A stretch of 64,000 nt of DNA from Candidatus Saccharimonadota bacterium (GCA_018062785.1 JAGORO010000003.1:23801-87800), one strand, 5' to 3'. Positions 53,103-61,312 are shown, counted from the first letter of the stretch. Translations and numbers: made by a program. The notes: generated by a model from the letters alone, not told the origin.

Positions 53103-55409
53103 CTACGTAGCCTTTTTTCGGCGAAAGGCGGGTCGTTTTTTTGCAGCGGGAGCTTCAGAGAGCATCTTAAGAGCCTGCTCGCGAGTAATAGAGGTGGGGT
53201 CGATATCTTTGCTTACCTTGGCATTTTTGGACCCATCGGTAACATACGGCCCCCACCTTCCCTTTAGAACTTTGATGCCATCTCCGAAGTCGGCAATGTT
53301 TTTTTCTGCTTCGGCCTGTAACTTGGCGGTGTAAAATTCACGAGCAGTTGTGAGGTCGATGTCGTGAGGGTCGTGAGGTTTGATACTGATAAAGAGTGAA
53401 CCAACTTTTATATATGGCCCAAAACGACCGATGTTTGCCAGAATGTCTTGGCCATCTTCGGTTTGACCAACGAGGCGAGGTAGCTCAAAGGCCCTAAGGG
53501 CTTCCTCGAGCGTAATTGTCTCGAGCCGAGCACCTTTGGGTAGTGGTGCAAACTGGGGCTTTTCCTCATCTTCGCCAGCACCAAGCTGAAGCATTGGTCC
53601 AAAACGACCAAACCGAGCCGATACCATCTTGTTTGTCTTCGGATGGAGGCCGATCTCGCGAGTCTGTGCAACGCTGCTGCGGTCGATAGAGCCGGATTTG
53701 TCGATAAGCGCGTGAAATGGATCATAGAAGCTCTTGAGCATGGCGTTTCGCTCTAACTTGTCGCTGGCTATATCGTCGAAGTGTTCCTCTACACTCGCGG
53801 TAAAGCCGTAATCGACGATTTGGTCGAAGTGATTGGTCAGAAAATCAGCTATCAATTCCCCACTACTCGTTGGTACTAGCTTCCCTTTATCGGATCCAGT
53901 TTTTTCTTGAACGATTTCTCGGCTGATGGTGCCGCCCTTGAGGCTGAGTAGGGTCACATCTCGTTCGTTGCCCTCCCCTTCACCGCGCAGAGCATACCCC
54001 CTAGCTTGGACGGTGCCGATAATCGTTGCGTAGGTACTTGGTCGGCCAATGCCCAGCTCTTCAAGTTTTTTGACGAGGCTACCTTCGGTAAAACGAGCTG
54101 GTGGCTTTGAGAATGTCTCGCGGGCTGTCGCCTCAACGAGGGGTACTTCCTGCCCGCTTTCCACTGCCGGGAGTACGGAGTCGTCCCTGCTGCGCCCATA
54201 GACACGCAGGAAGCCGTCGAAGACAATGACTTCCCCCTTGGCTTCAAAAATGTGCGATGTGTCGCCAACTTTGATGGTAATAACGGTTTTTTCGAGTCGT
54301 GCTGGTGCCATTTGGCTGGAAACGGTCCGTCGGCGGATTAGATCGTATAACTTTTGGTCGTACGGGTCGCTACTCGCCACCTCTAGTGCGGCGTCGGTTG
54401 GGCGAATTGCTTCATGGGCTTCTTGTGCATTCGCATTTTTGGTTTTGAAGGTGCGAACTTGGACATATTCTTTGCCGTGCTTTTTCTGGATGTACTCGGC
54501 GGTGGCTGCAACGGCTTGTTTGCTCAGATTCACACTATCGGTACGCATGTAGGTGATTTTTCCGGCTTGGTAGAGGCGCTGGGCGCTGGTCATGGTGGCC
54601 TTGCTGCCAAAACCGAGCCGAGCATTGGCTTCTTGCTGGAGGGTGCTGGTAGTAAATGGCGCACTAGGGTTGCGGGTGCCAGGCGAAGTTTTGACACCAA
54701 CGACGGTACATCTCGCTCCATGTAAGGTTTCTAAGAAGGAGTTTGCATCTCGTTCGGTGCTGAAGCGCTCGGTTAGCTCGGCCTTAAACTCTTCGCCGTC
54801 GTGCGAAAATAGCGCAACAACTTTAAAATCTGAGGTGCCCTCGAAGGCACGAATTTCTCGTTCTCGTTCGACAAGCAGCCGCACAGCTGGGCTTTGGACG
54901 CGCCCTGCGCTCTTGCCTCCAGGCACTTTCTGCCACACTACAGGACTGAGCTCGAAGCCAACAATACGGTCGAGTATCTGCCGAGCTTGTTGAGCTTGGA
55001 CGAGGCGCATGTCTACGGTGCGTGGATTTTTGACCGCTTCTTCTATGGCCGACTTGGTAATCTCGTGGAATACGATTCGTTTGGTCGTTTTAGGATCGAG
55101 CTTGAGGACCTCACATAAGTGCCAGGCGATGGCTTCACCTTCACGGTCTTCATCGGTTGCTAGCCAGACGGTATCGACGGCTTTGACAGCCTTTTTGAGC
55201 TCGGTAATGACTTTCTTTTTCTCTGGATCAATTTCGTACGTGGTTTTGAAGTTATTGCCGACGTCAATCGGCGGACTACCATCTTTATTCTTCTTTGCAA
55301 TTGAGCGAATATGCCCAATGCTCGAAAGTACCTTAAAGTCCTTACCGAGGTACTTCTCGATAGTTTTTGCTTTTGCGGGACTCTCTACGATGACGAGGTT
55401 TTTTGACAT
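53103..55409 (-). CDS. topA: DNA topoisomerase I
   Basis: TOPRIM (NLVIVESPAKAKT, ATDEDREGE), active-site region (GKITYMRTDS), and Zn-free GxxGPY C-terminal repeats (FGRFGPM, GRFGPYIKVG, GRWGPYVTDG) plus a Lys-rich tail. Confidence 0.95.
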   Translation of the reverse strand: MSKNLVIVESPAKAKTIEKYLGKDFKVLSSIGHIRSIAKKNKDGSPPIDVGNNFKTTYEIDPEKKKVITELKKAVKAVDTVWLATDEDREGEAIAWHLCEVLKLDPKTTKRIVFHEITKSAIEEAVKNPRTVDMRLVQAQQARQILDRIVGFELSPVVWQKVPGGKSAGRVQSPAVRLLVEREREIRAFEGTSDFKVVALFSHDGEEFKAELTERFSTERDANSFLETLHGARCTVVGVKTSPGTRNPSAPFTTSTLQQEANARLGFGSKATMTSAQRLYQAGKITYMRTDSVNLSKQAVAATAEYIQKKHGKEYVQVRTFKTKNANAQEAHEAIRPTDAALEVASSDPYDQKLYDLIRRRTVSSQMAPARLEKTVITIKVGDTSHIFEAKGEVIVFDGFLRVYGRSRDDSVLPAVESGQEVPLVEATARETFSKPPARFTEGSLVKKLEELGIGRPSTYATIIGTVQARGYALRGEGEGNERDVTLLSLKGGTISREIVQEKTGSDKGKLVPTSSGELIADFLTNHFDQIVDYGFTASVEEHFDDIASDKLERNAMLKSFYDPFHALIDKSGSIDRSSVAQTREIGLHPKTNKMVSARFGRFGPMLQLGAGEDEEKPQFAPLPKGARLETITLEEALRAFELPRLVGQTEDGQDILANIGRFGPYIKVGSLFISIKPHDPHDIDLTTAREFYTAKLQAEAEKNIADFGDGIKVLKGRWGPYVTDGSKNAKVSKDIDPTSITREQALKMLSEAPAAKKRPAFRRKKAT

Positions 55410-55516
55410 TGCTCTATATAAGTATACGTGTCGATTGCTAGGACACAAGTACTCAGGCTACAGTATTTGCCACTTGCTATGCAAGTTTTGGGTATTTTCG
55501 ACGTACAATTAAACAT

Positions 55517-56026
55517 ATGCAAAAAAAAGCTTTACTCGCTGGGGGGTTGTGTCTTCTGGGGGTCTTATGTATTACTCTCGTCTTTACACTCTCTCAACCT
55601 CTTCAAGATACCCAAACACACGGTAGGGGACCACAGGCAGCGTTGTCGACGGCAGCTCGGGCGAAGATAGGCGGTAGCACATTCGATTTGGCCGTTGCGC
55701 GAACGGCCCAGGCACATGTTTCTGGCCTAAGTAATCGCGACAGCCTACCTCCAAATCAAGGGATGATTTTTGTTGGTCTTGACCCTGAAGAGATGGGGAT
55801 TTGGATGAAGGATATGCGGTTTGATATTGATGTTTTGTGGGTGAACGAGAAGAACACTGTTGTCTACATTGCCCCTAGCGTGTCGAGGGAGAGTTACCCC
55901 GCAGTATTTCGCAACCCTCCCGATGTGCCCGCAAAATATGTTATCGAACTAGCTTCGGGACAAACCGAAAAATCCGCCATACACATCGGCTCAACGGTGC
56001 GCTTTAGCGGCGAGTCACCTCTATAA
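55517..56026 (+). CDS. DUF192 domain protein (secreted)
   Basis: Signal peptide followed by GLSNRDSLPPNQGMIF...MKDMRFDIDVLWV. Confidence 0.7.
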   Translation: MQKKALLAGGLCLLGVLCITLVFTLSQPLQDTQTHGRGPQAALSTAARAKIGGSTFDLAVARTAQAHVSGLSNRDSLPPNQGMIFVGLDPEEMGIWMKDMRFDIDVLWVNEKNTVVYIAPSVSRESYPAVFRNPPDVPAKYVIELASGQTEKSAIHIGSTVRFSGESPL

Positions 56027-56884
56027 CGTAGCCCAGTGGTTGCTTCCGAGTGGCTTGATTTTTCCAGAGAGCTCGAGCATGGTTAGCGCTGTCGTGTAGT
56101 CGGCCGCAGATAGCTTACTCAGCTGTAGCAATTCGTGGCCATCGGTCGTGCCAGAGTATAAAATGTCGAGGAGTATTTGCTCGTGAGGTTCTTGACTCTT
56201 GTGGCGGAAGGCTGCCGTTAGGCCTGATTGCAGATGGAGCGCTTCGAGAATGTCTGCACTGGATGTTACCGGTATGGCTCCGGATTTTATGAGAGTATTG
56301 GTGCCGGCGGAGTTAGGACTAGTTATGTTGCCAGGTACGACAAGTACGTCTTTTCCCTGTTCGAGTGCAAACCGTGCGGTATGGAGCGTGCCACTTTTTT
56401 CGGCGGCTTCAATGATAAGAAGTGCATCGGCCATCCCTGATACAATGCGGTTTCTGAGGATAAAGGTATGCTTAAGACTCGGGGTAGTATCGTCAAATTC
56501 ACTCACGATACACCCACCATGTTCGATAAGCTTTGCGGCCAGATTTCTATTGGTGGCAGGGTAGATCGTTTTGAGTCCGGTCGGTAGCACTGCAATGTGT
56601 CCGCCGCCGACCGACAGGGCTGCTTGGTGTGCAATAGCATCAATACCAAGCGCTAGGCCACTAATGATACAAACACCCTGCTCTGCAAGTTCCCGAGAGA
56701 ATTTTTCGGCCACTTGTTTGCCATATGGCGTGACATGTCGACTGCCAACAATAGCTACTTTTGGCTTGTCGTCCCAGTCGCTCGGCGGGCTACCAAGGAA
56801 AAATAGCTGTTTTGGTGGATTTGGGATCGACCGGAGCAGCGAAGGATAAGCAGAATTGGCTTGTGTCAGTTTTTTTACAAACAT
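56021..56884 (-). CDS. dprA: DNA-processing protein DprA
   Basis: VAIVGSRHVTPYG, ISGLALGIDAIAHQAAL, VLPTGL, LIIEAAEKSGTLHTARFALEQGKDVLVVPG. Confidence 0.9.
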   Translation of the reverse strand: MFVKKLTQANSAYPSLLRSIPNPPKQLFFLGSPPSDWDDKPKVAIVGSRHVTPYGKQVAEKFSRELAEQGVCIISGLALGIDAIAHQAALSVGGGHIAVLPTGLKTIYPATNRNLAAKLIEHGGCIVSEFDDTTPSLKHTFILRNRIVSGMADALLIIEAAEKSGTLHTARFALEQGKDVLVVPGNITSPNSAGTNTLIKSGAIPVTSSADILEALHLQSGLTAAFRHKSQEPHEQILLDILYSGTTDGHELLQLSKLSAADYTTALTMLELSGKIKPLGSNHWATL

Positions 56885-56903
56885 ACAAAAAGATTAATAA
56901 GTA

Positions 56904-56932
56904 TTGACAATATGACACATTTTTGCTAGAAT
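56904..56932 (+). promoter_or_regulatory. Near-consensus promoter TTGACA-17-(TGc)TAGAAT driving the candidate ncRNA
   Basis: Hexamers at 56904..56909 and 56927..56932, with a TGn extension. Confidence 0.7.
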
Positions 56933-56938
56933 GACAAC

Positions 56939-57340
56939 TTGGAAGTAGCGTTAGGCCACTTTTGCACCTTATATCCCCCATTTCGCTGTTCGTTTCGAAT
57001 AGCGACTAACATTTTGTTAGATTGTTTTAGAGCGCGTAGACAAGTTGTTACCCTCCACTTCTCTTTTTTAGCCCTTTCCTAAGGACTAAACGTTCTAAAA
57101 CAAACTAACCCCTTTAACTAGGACCAGCGGTGCGCGTGCGCACCTATGGCCCCAGAAGTGGTTAGCAAGTCTGGATGATTCCGAGTATTCGGAGACACGG
57201 CGCCGCAGATTCCGTAGGTTGTTCGATGTTTTGCTCTCTGGTGGGTTGAAGGGTGGATGGAGATGAGTGTCTTTACGATGCTCGTCTCCGAAATAGGCCT
57301 TACAAGCGGTGCCCACCCCCTCTTGTGAGGCCTTTTTTAT
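56939..57340 (+). ncRNA. Candidate about 400-nt structured non-coding RNA of unknown class
   Basis: No ORF of 60 aa or more on this strand. Promoter upstream and intrinsic terminator at 57295..57340. Multiple helices, including long-range CCCUUUAAC (57110..57118) / GUUGAAGGG (57245..57253). Confidence 0.6.
57295..57340 (+). terminator. Rho-independent terminator (12-bp stem AGGCCTTACAAG / CTTGTGAGGCCT plus TTTTTT)
   Basis: Read directly. One mismatch in the stem, followed by a 6-T run. Confidence 0.8.
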
Positions 57341-57369
57341 TTAAACAAATGTGATATAATATTAAGTCT

Positions 57370-57618
57370 ATGGAATTAAGTGCCGACCAAACCCACATTG
57401 AATTTACAGCCGAAGAGTGTGATTTGGCCGGAGCGCAACCTAGCTTGTGCCTCGAGGACGCAACTAGTCTTGCTGATGAGATCGGGAAGAGCTTGCGGGA
57501 CAGGGCTCGAAGCAATGAATGGTCACCAACCATGTTCAGGCTCTCTTACTTTAATCTTGAGCTGGTGAGCTTGCTTGGAGCGATAGGTAGTGGGCATGCA
57601 GGAGGTTCGCAAAGATGA
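57370..57618 (+). CDS. Hypothetical acidic 82-aa protein (first gene of a two-gene cassette)
   Basis: Extended -10 TGaTATAAT (57352..57360) lies 9 nt upstream of the ATG. ATGA overlap with the next ORF. Confidence 0.5.
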   Translation: MELSADQTHIEFTAEECDLAGAQPSLCLEDATSLADEIGKSLRDRARSNEWSPTMFRLSYFNLELVSLLGAIGSGHAGGSQR

Positions 57619-57920
57619 GATTTGATGGCGAGAGGCAGGCGTTTATTTTCGAGAGTGATGCCGAGAATAGGCTTCTGCGCATACACTCCGGCATTGCAGA
57701 GTGGCCATTGCATGACGCTGGGCATCTATATGATCTGTTGTGCGCGGCCGGACTAGAGATTGCTTCGTTGGACGTATCGGAGTTTGCTCCAGGGTCTGCA
57801 CAGCAGCAAGCAAAAGAATCGGTGCGACGAAAAGCTGGCCTTCTCGCGCATATGCGAACGGTAGTCGGCGATAACGGGTTCAATGACCTTCCGGACATAC
57901 GAGATTTCTTAGATTTATAG
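57615..57920 (+). CDS. Hypothetical acidic 101-aa protein (second gene of the cassette)
   Basis: Translationally coupled to 57370..57618. No recognised motif. Confidence 0.5.
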   Translation: MRFDGERQAFIFESDAENRLLRIHSGIAEWPLHDAGHLYDLLCAAGLEIASLDVSEFAPGSAQQQAKESVRRKAGLLAHMRTVVGDNGFNDLPDIRDFLDL

Positions 57921-57962
57921 ACGACCATACCCCTAGTACTTCCTCTCGACGAGTGCTGGTAT

Positions 57963-58541
57963 CTACAAAAAGCTGCGGGTTTCGGCCGCGCGCGGTGCAC
58001 CGTAGACGTACTCGCTAAGGGTGGCGTTAACCTCTTTTGCTAACTTGGGTAGATCTGCCTGTTGTTCGCTGGAGAATTTTTGGAGTACAAAGTCTGCGGA
58101 GTCTATTTGCTCGGGCACTTTGGGGCCGATGCCAACGCGTACACGGCCGTATGTTTCGGTGCCGAGAAGCTTCGTAATCGATTTTATGCCATTGTGCCCC
58201 GCACTACTACCGCCGGTACCGAGGCGGATTTTGCCGAAATCGATATCGAGCTCGTCTTGTACAGCAATGACATCACTTGGCTGGATTTTATAGAACTGCG
58301 CGAGTGCCTGCACGGCTTCGCCACTGAGGTTCATATAGGTTTGAGGTTTGCAGAGAAATACAGTCGTTTCGCCTATGGTTTGTTTGGTCATCAGACACTT
58401 TAGATCCTTCTTGTTGACCCAGCCATCGAATCCGAGTTTTTGTGCAAATGAGTCGAGACAGTAAAAGCCTATATTGTGTCGCGTGAGGTCGTACTCTGGG
58501 CCGTAATTGCCTAGACCGACAAGTAGGAGTTGCTTGTTCAT
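57963..58541 (-). CDS. pth: Peptidyl-tRNA hydrolase
   Basis: LLLVGLGNYGPEYDLTRHNIGF, DELDIDFGKIRL, GHNGIKS. An alternative ATG at 58601 abuts the der stop codon. Confidence 0.9.
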   Translation of the reverse strand: MNKQLLLVGLGNYGPEYDLTRHNIGFYCLDSFAQKLGFDGWVNKKDLKCLMTKQTIGETTVFLCKPQTYMNLSGEAVQALAQFYKIQPSDVIAVQDELDIDFGKIRLGTGGSSAGHNGIKSITKLLGTETYGRVRVGIGPKVPEQIDSADFVLQKFSSEQQADLPKLAKEVNATLSEYVYGAPRAAETRSFL

Positions 58542-58601
58542 GCCAAAGGTAGTGAAACGAATGGAGCTGCCCAGTTCAGGTCGCTTCTGGAACAGGGCCA
58601 T

Positions 58602-60014
58602 CTACTTACTCTTCCCCGCTCGAGCTTTATTTTTGATGATTTTGCGCTGTGTGTCGCTGCGCTCGGGCTTGGTGGGGCTATTGCCGTGCTTGTGGCGGCC
58701 TTCTTTTTCGATAAACCAGAGCTGGACCGCCGTGCCCTCAAAATTAAAACTCGAACGTAGCTCTCGCTCCATGAATCGCCGGTAGCTCCAGTGCAGGAAT
58801 TTAGTATGAGCGCCGAAGACTTTGAAAGCTGGGGTTGGATTGTCATCTTCCTGAACCATGTAGTTGAGCTTGGGCGCACGGTTTTTTAGCCCTGCGGGTG
58901 GGTGCTTGGCGAGAACGTCGCCGAGCCAGAGATTGAGCGCACGGGTTGAAATGCGCGTTTGGCGCTTAGCACGAATGTCTGTCACGATGTCGAACAATTT
59001 GGTGACGTTTTGGCCGGTAATTGCGCTGGTAAAGATTAGCGGTGCCCACGGTACAAAGTCGAACTCGGCTGCGATGCCCGGCGCGAGCGCGTCGCGAGTG
59101 TAGGCATCTTTGCCCTCGACTGCATCCCATTTCGAGACGACCAAAACGAGGCCTTTGCCGGCTTCTTTGACCATGCCGGCAATTTTTTGGTCTAGGCCAG
59201 TGTGGAGTTCGTTGACATCCATTAGTAATAGGCATACGTCGGCTTGCTCAATTGCCGCAAGGCTGCGAATGACGCTAAAGTGCTCGATCCCCTGCCCAAT
59301 TTTGCCGCTGCGCCGAATACCAGCCGTGTCCATAAGTTCGATAGTAGCGCCTTCGTAGCGCACGGTAGCGCGGTTGATGTCGCGAGTGGTGCCGGCTCGG
59401 TCGGCGACAATAGCCTGTTGTTTTTTGGCGAGTGCATTAAACAGTTGTGATTTACCAACATTTGGTCGGCCGACGAGGGCTACTCGTACAGTGTTTGGAT
59501 CGTCGTCTTGGGTAACGGCAGGGATGGACTCTACGAAGCCGTCGAGGAGGTCATCTATGCCCCGATTTTGGGTGGTTGAGGTTGGGTAGATAGGCTTGAT
59601 GCCGAGGCGGTCGAAGCCGTCGAGGTCGCGACCGCGTGCGCGGTCGACTTTGTTGATCACTAAAAATACTGGTTTTTTGGTTTTGAGGGCCATCTTGGCG
59701 ATCCGTCGGTCGTCTTCGTTGATAGCAACGTTGGCTTCGACAACCACCCATATGACGTCGGCGCTGTCGGCAGCTTGGGCAATCTGCTCTTGGATAGTGA
59801 ACTCAAAGTCATCCTCGGCGTCTTTGATTCCGGCAGTGTCGACGAGCCAAAAATCGTGGTCATCCCACCTGCCCTTGGCCCAGATGCTGTCACGCGTGGT
59901 TCCGGCCTCGCGAGCAACAATCGCCTCGCGCCGATCGAGGATAGCATTAAATAGGCTAGACTTGCCCACATTAGCTCGCCCAATAATGGCAACAATCGGT
60001 AATTTTTTACTCAT
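58602..60014 (-). CDS. der: Ribosome-biogenesis GTPase Der (EngA), two GTPase domains plus KH-like domain
   Basis: GRANVGKSSLFN / DTAG and GRPNVGKSQLFN / DTAG, NKVD and SKWD, plus a basic C-terminal tail. The start at 60014 is supported by TTGTCA-17-TGaTATACT. Confidence 0.92.
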   Translation of the reverse strand: MSKKLPIVAIIGRANVGKSSLFNAILDRREAIVAREAGTTRDSIWAKGRWDDHDFWLVDTAGIKDAEDDFEFTIQEQIAQAADSADVIWVVVEANVAINEDDRRIAKMALKTKKPVFLVINKVDRARGRDLDGFDRLGIKPIYPTSTTQNRGIDDLLDGFVESIPAVTQDDDPNTVRVALVGRPNVGKSQLFNALAKKQQAIVADRAGTTRDINRATVRYEGATIELMDTAGIRRSGKIGQGIEHFSVIRSLAAIEQADVCLLLMDVNELHTGLDQKIAGMVKEAGKGLVLVVSKWDAVEGKDAYTRDALAPGIAAEFDFVPWAPLIFTSAITGQNVTKLFDIVTDIRAKRQTRISTRALNLWLGDVLAKHPPAGLKNRAPKLNYMVQEDDNPTPAFKVFGAHTKFLHWSYRRFMERELRSSFNFEGTAVQLWFIEKEGRHKHGNSPTKPERSDTQRKIIKNKARAGKSK

Positions 60015-60044
60015 TACGCACCAGTATATCACCTCTGTTAAATA

Positions 60045-60074
60045 TTGACAATATGTATTATTTTGTGATAAAAT
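60045..60074 (+). promoter_or_regulatory. Promoter TTGACA-18-(TGa)TAAAAT for the 60081 ORF; its -35 overlaps the divergent der -35 (TTGTCA, 60051..60046)
   Basis: Read directly. The ATG at 60081 begins 6 nt after the -10. Confidence 0.7.
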
Positions 60075-60080
60075 ATAAAG

Positions 60081-60656
60081 ATGTCCGAACATTATCCTAC
60101 CCCTGAACATAGCAGGGCCATCCAAGTTGCTCTCGACGGTACGAGCCTTGCATTGCATTCAAGGGTTGACCGTCCATTATTCAGTACCGAAGCAGCTGGC
60201 CAAGGCAGAATGAGTCACCGCTACTACAGTGCATTTGCGACGAGTGGCATACTCGCAAACGAGCAACGCCACCGCTACGTTGCGGCTCGAATGCTGTACC
60301 CCAAAGATGACGCTAGCGAAGAAAACAGGCTGGTGGCTGGTTTGCAAGAAGTATATTTTGACGATGGCATAGAACTCACGCTGGGGATGACCACCTCCCA
60401 AGCCAGCACGCTTTGGCGCGTTGAAGGGAGCGGCAAGTACAGACCATCGGTGCTAGCAAAGCGCAGGGGCGCAAAACTTGTGGTATCCGAGGCTCCTCTG
60501 GCTGCCATACTATTTCTTACCCCAACTGATACGGTGGGGAGCGATAGGTCGACGAGAGAGTTGGAAAAAATTATACTTGTTAATGAGGCAGTTACAGCCC
60601 ATGTTGGCCTATCGTGGCTGATCAAAGCCGAGCAGCGCGCTAGTCAACCGTCGTAA
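60081..60656 (+). CDS. Hypothetical 191-aa protein
   Basis: ORF directly behind a strong promoter. No recognised motif. The 3' end overlaps the convergent pseudouridine synthase gene by 17 nt. Confidence 0.5.
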   Translation: MSEHYPTPEHSRAIQVALDGTSLALHSRVDRPLFSTEAAGQGRMSHRYYSAFATSGILANEQRHRYVAARMLYPKDDASEENRLVAGLQEVYFDDGIELTLGMTTSQASTLWRVEGSGKYRPSVLAKRRGAKLVVSEAPLAAILFLTPTDTVGSDRSTRELEKIILVNEAVTAHVGLSWLIKAEQRASQPS

Positions 60657-61302
60657 ACGAGCCAGATTGTAGCCCGTTTAGGGCATACGGACCAAAGTTC
60701 GTTCGGTGGAGAACTGTTACGGTATACCCAAGTGCGGCGAATGTTCTTCGGATTTGTCGATTCCTGCCCTCCGACAGTACTGCTTCGTATGTATTTGGCC
60801 TGTCGTCTATGCGTGTAACCACGAAAGTGCTCTTACCGTCCCCTAAGGTCACTCCGTAGTCGCTAATCATTTGCTGGTGAAGTGGTTGTAACGCCGTATC
60901 TAAGGTCACCTCGTAGCGTTTAGCTTTGGCAAATTTGGGGTGCGTTAGATGGTTGGCAAAATCACCGTCATCGGTGAGCAGCAGTAGTCCAGAGCTATCT
61001 TTGTCTAAGCGCCCAACCATATTGAGTGCATGGAATTCTGGCGGTAGCAACTCATACACTGTTGGGCTGCCTTGGCCGTTTCTGGAGCAGACGTACCCAA
61101 CCGGCTTGTGCAGGGTAAGTGTGGTTGTGTGGTTGCGAGGTATGATTTTTGCACCATCTAGTGTGACTTGCGAGGCATCGGTGACTGCACTTCCTAGCGT
61201 TGCCCGTACGCCGTTAACAGTTACGCGACCATCTTGTACCGCTGCGTCGGCGGATCTTCGGCTGAGTTGAGTGTTTTGGGCTAGGAATTTATTTATGCGC
61301 AT
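60640..61302 (-). CDS. S4-domain pseudouridine synthase (RsuA/RluB family)
   Basis: MRINKFLAQNTQLSRRSADAAVQDGRVTVNG (S4 domain) and catalytic GRLDKDSSGLLLLTDDG, GRNRQIRR. Confidence 0.88.
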   Translation of the reverse strand: MRINKFLAQNTQLSRRSADAAVQDGRVTVNGVRATLGSAVTDASQVTLDGAKIIPRNHTTTLTLHKPVGYVCSRNGQGSPTVYELLPPEFHALNMVGRLDKDSSGLLLLTDDGDFANHLTHPKFAKAKRYEVTLDTALQPLHQQMISDYGVTLGDGKSTFVVTRIDDRPNTYEAVLSEGRNRQIRRTFAALGYTVTVLHRTNFGPYALNGLQSGSFTTVD

Positions 61303-61312
61303 GCATGCCGCA

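Noticed and set aside
53408-55512. Numerous ORFs of 60-170 aa antisense to or out of frame within topA, and similarly within pyrG, glyQS, the RND gene, der, ftsI and others.
   Set aside because: They lie entirely inside long, motif-supported genes. These are typical shadow ORFs with biased composition.
56939-57340. Tried to assign the structured RNA candidate to tmRNA, RNase P RNA, SRP (4.5S/scRNA) or 6S RNA.
   Set aside because: There is no tRNA-like 3' end (GGTTCGA.TCC...CCA) and no tag ORF ending in hydrophobic residues. There are no GGAAAGUCC / ACAGAA..GGCUUA P4 strands; only a partial AGGAAAG occurs, and on the opposite strand. There is no GGAAG...AGCAGC SRP domain IV motif. 6S cannot be judged without a covariance model. 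The class is left unknown.
57551-58000. 149-aa minus-strand ORF antisense to the two-gene cassette and overlapping the pth 3' end.
   Set aside because: It is Arg/Ser/Cys-rich, overlaps the pth stop region, and has no expression signals. The plus-strand pair has a promoter and ATGA coupling.
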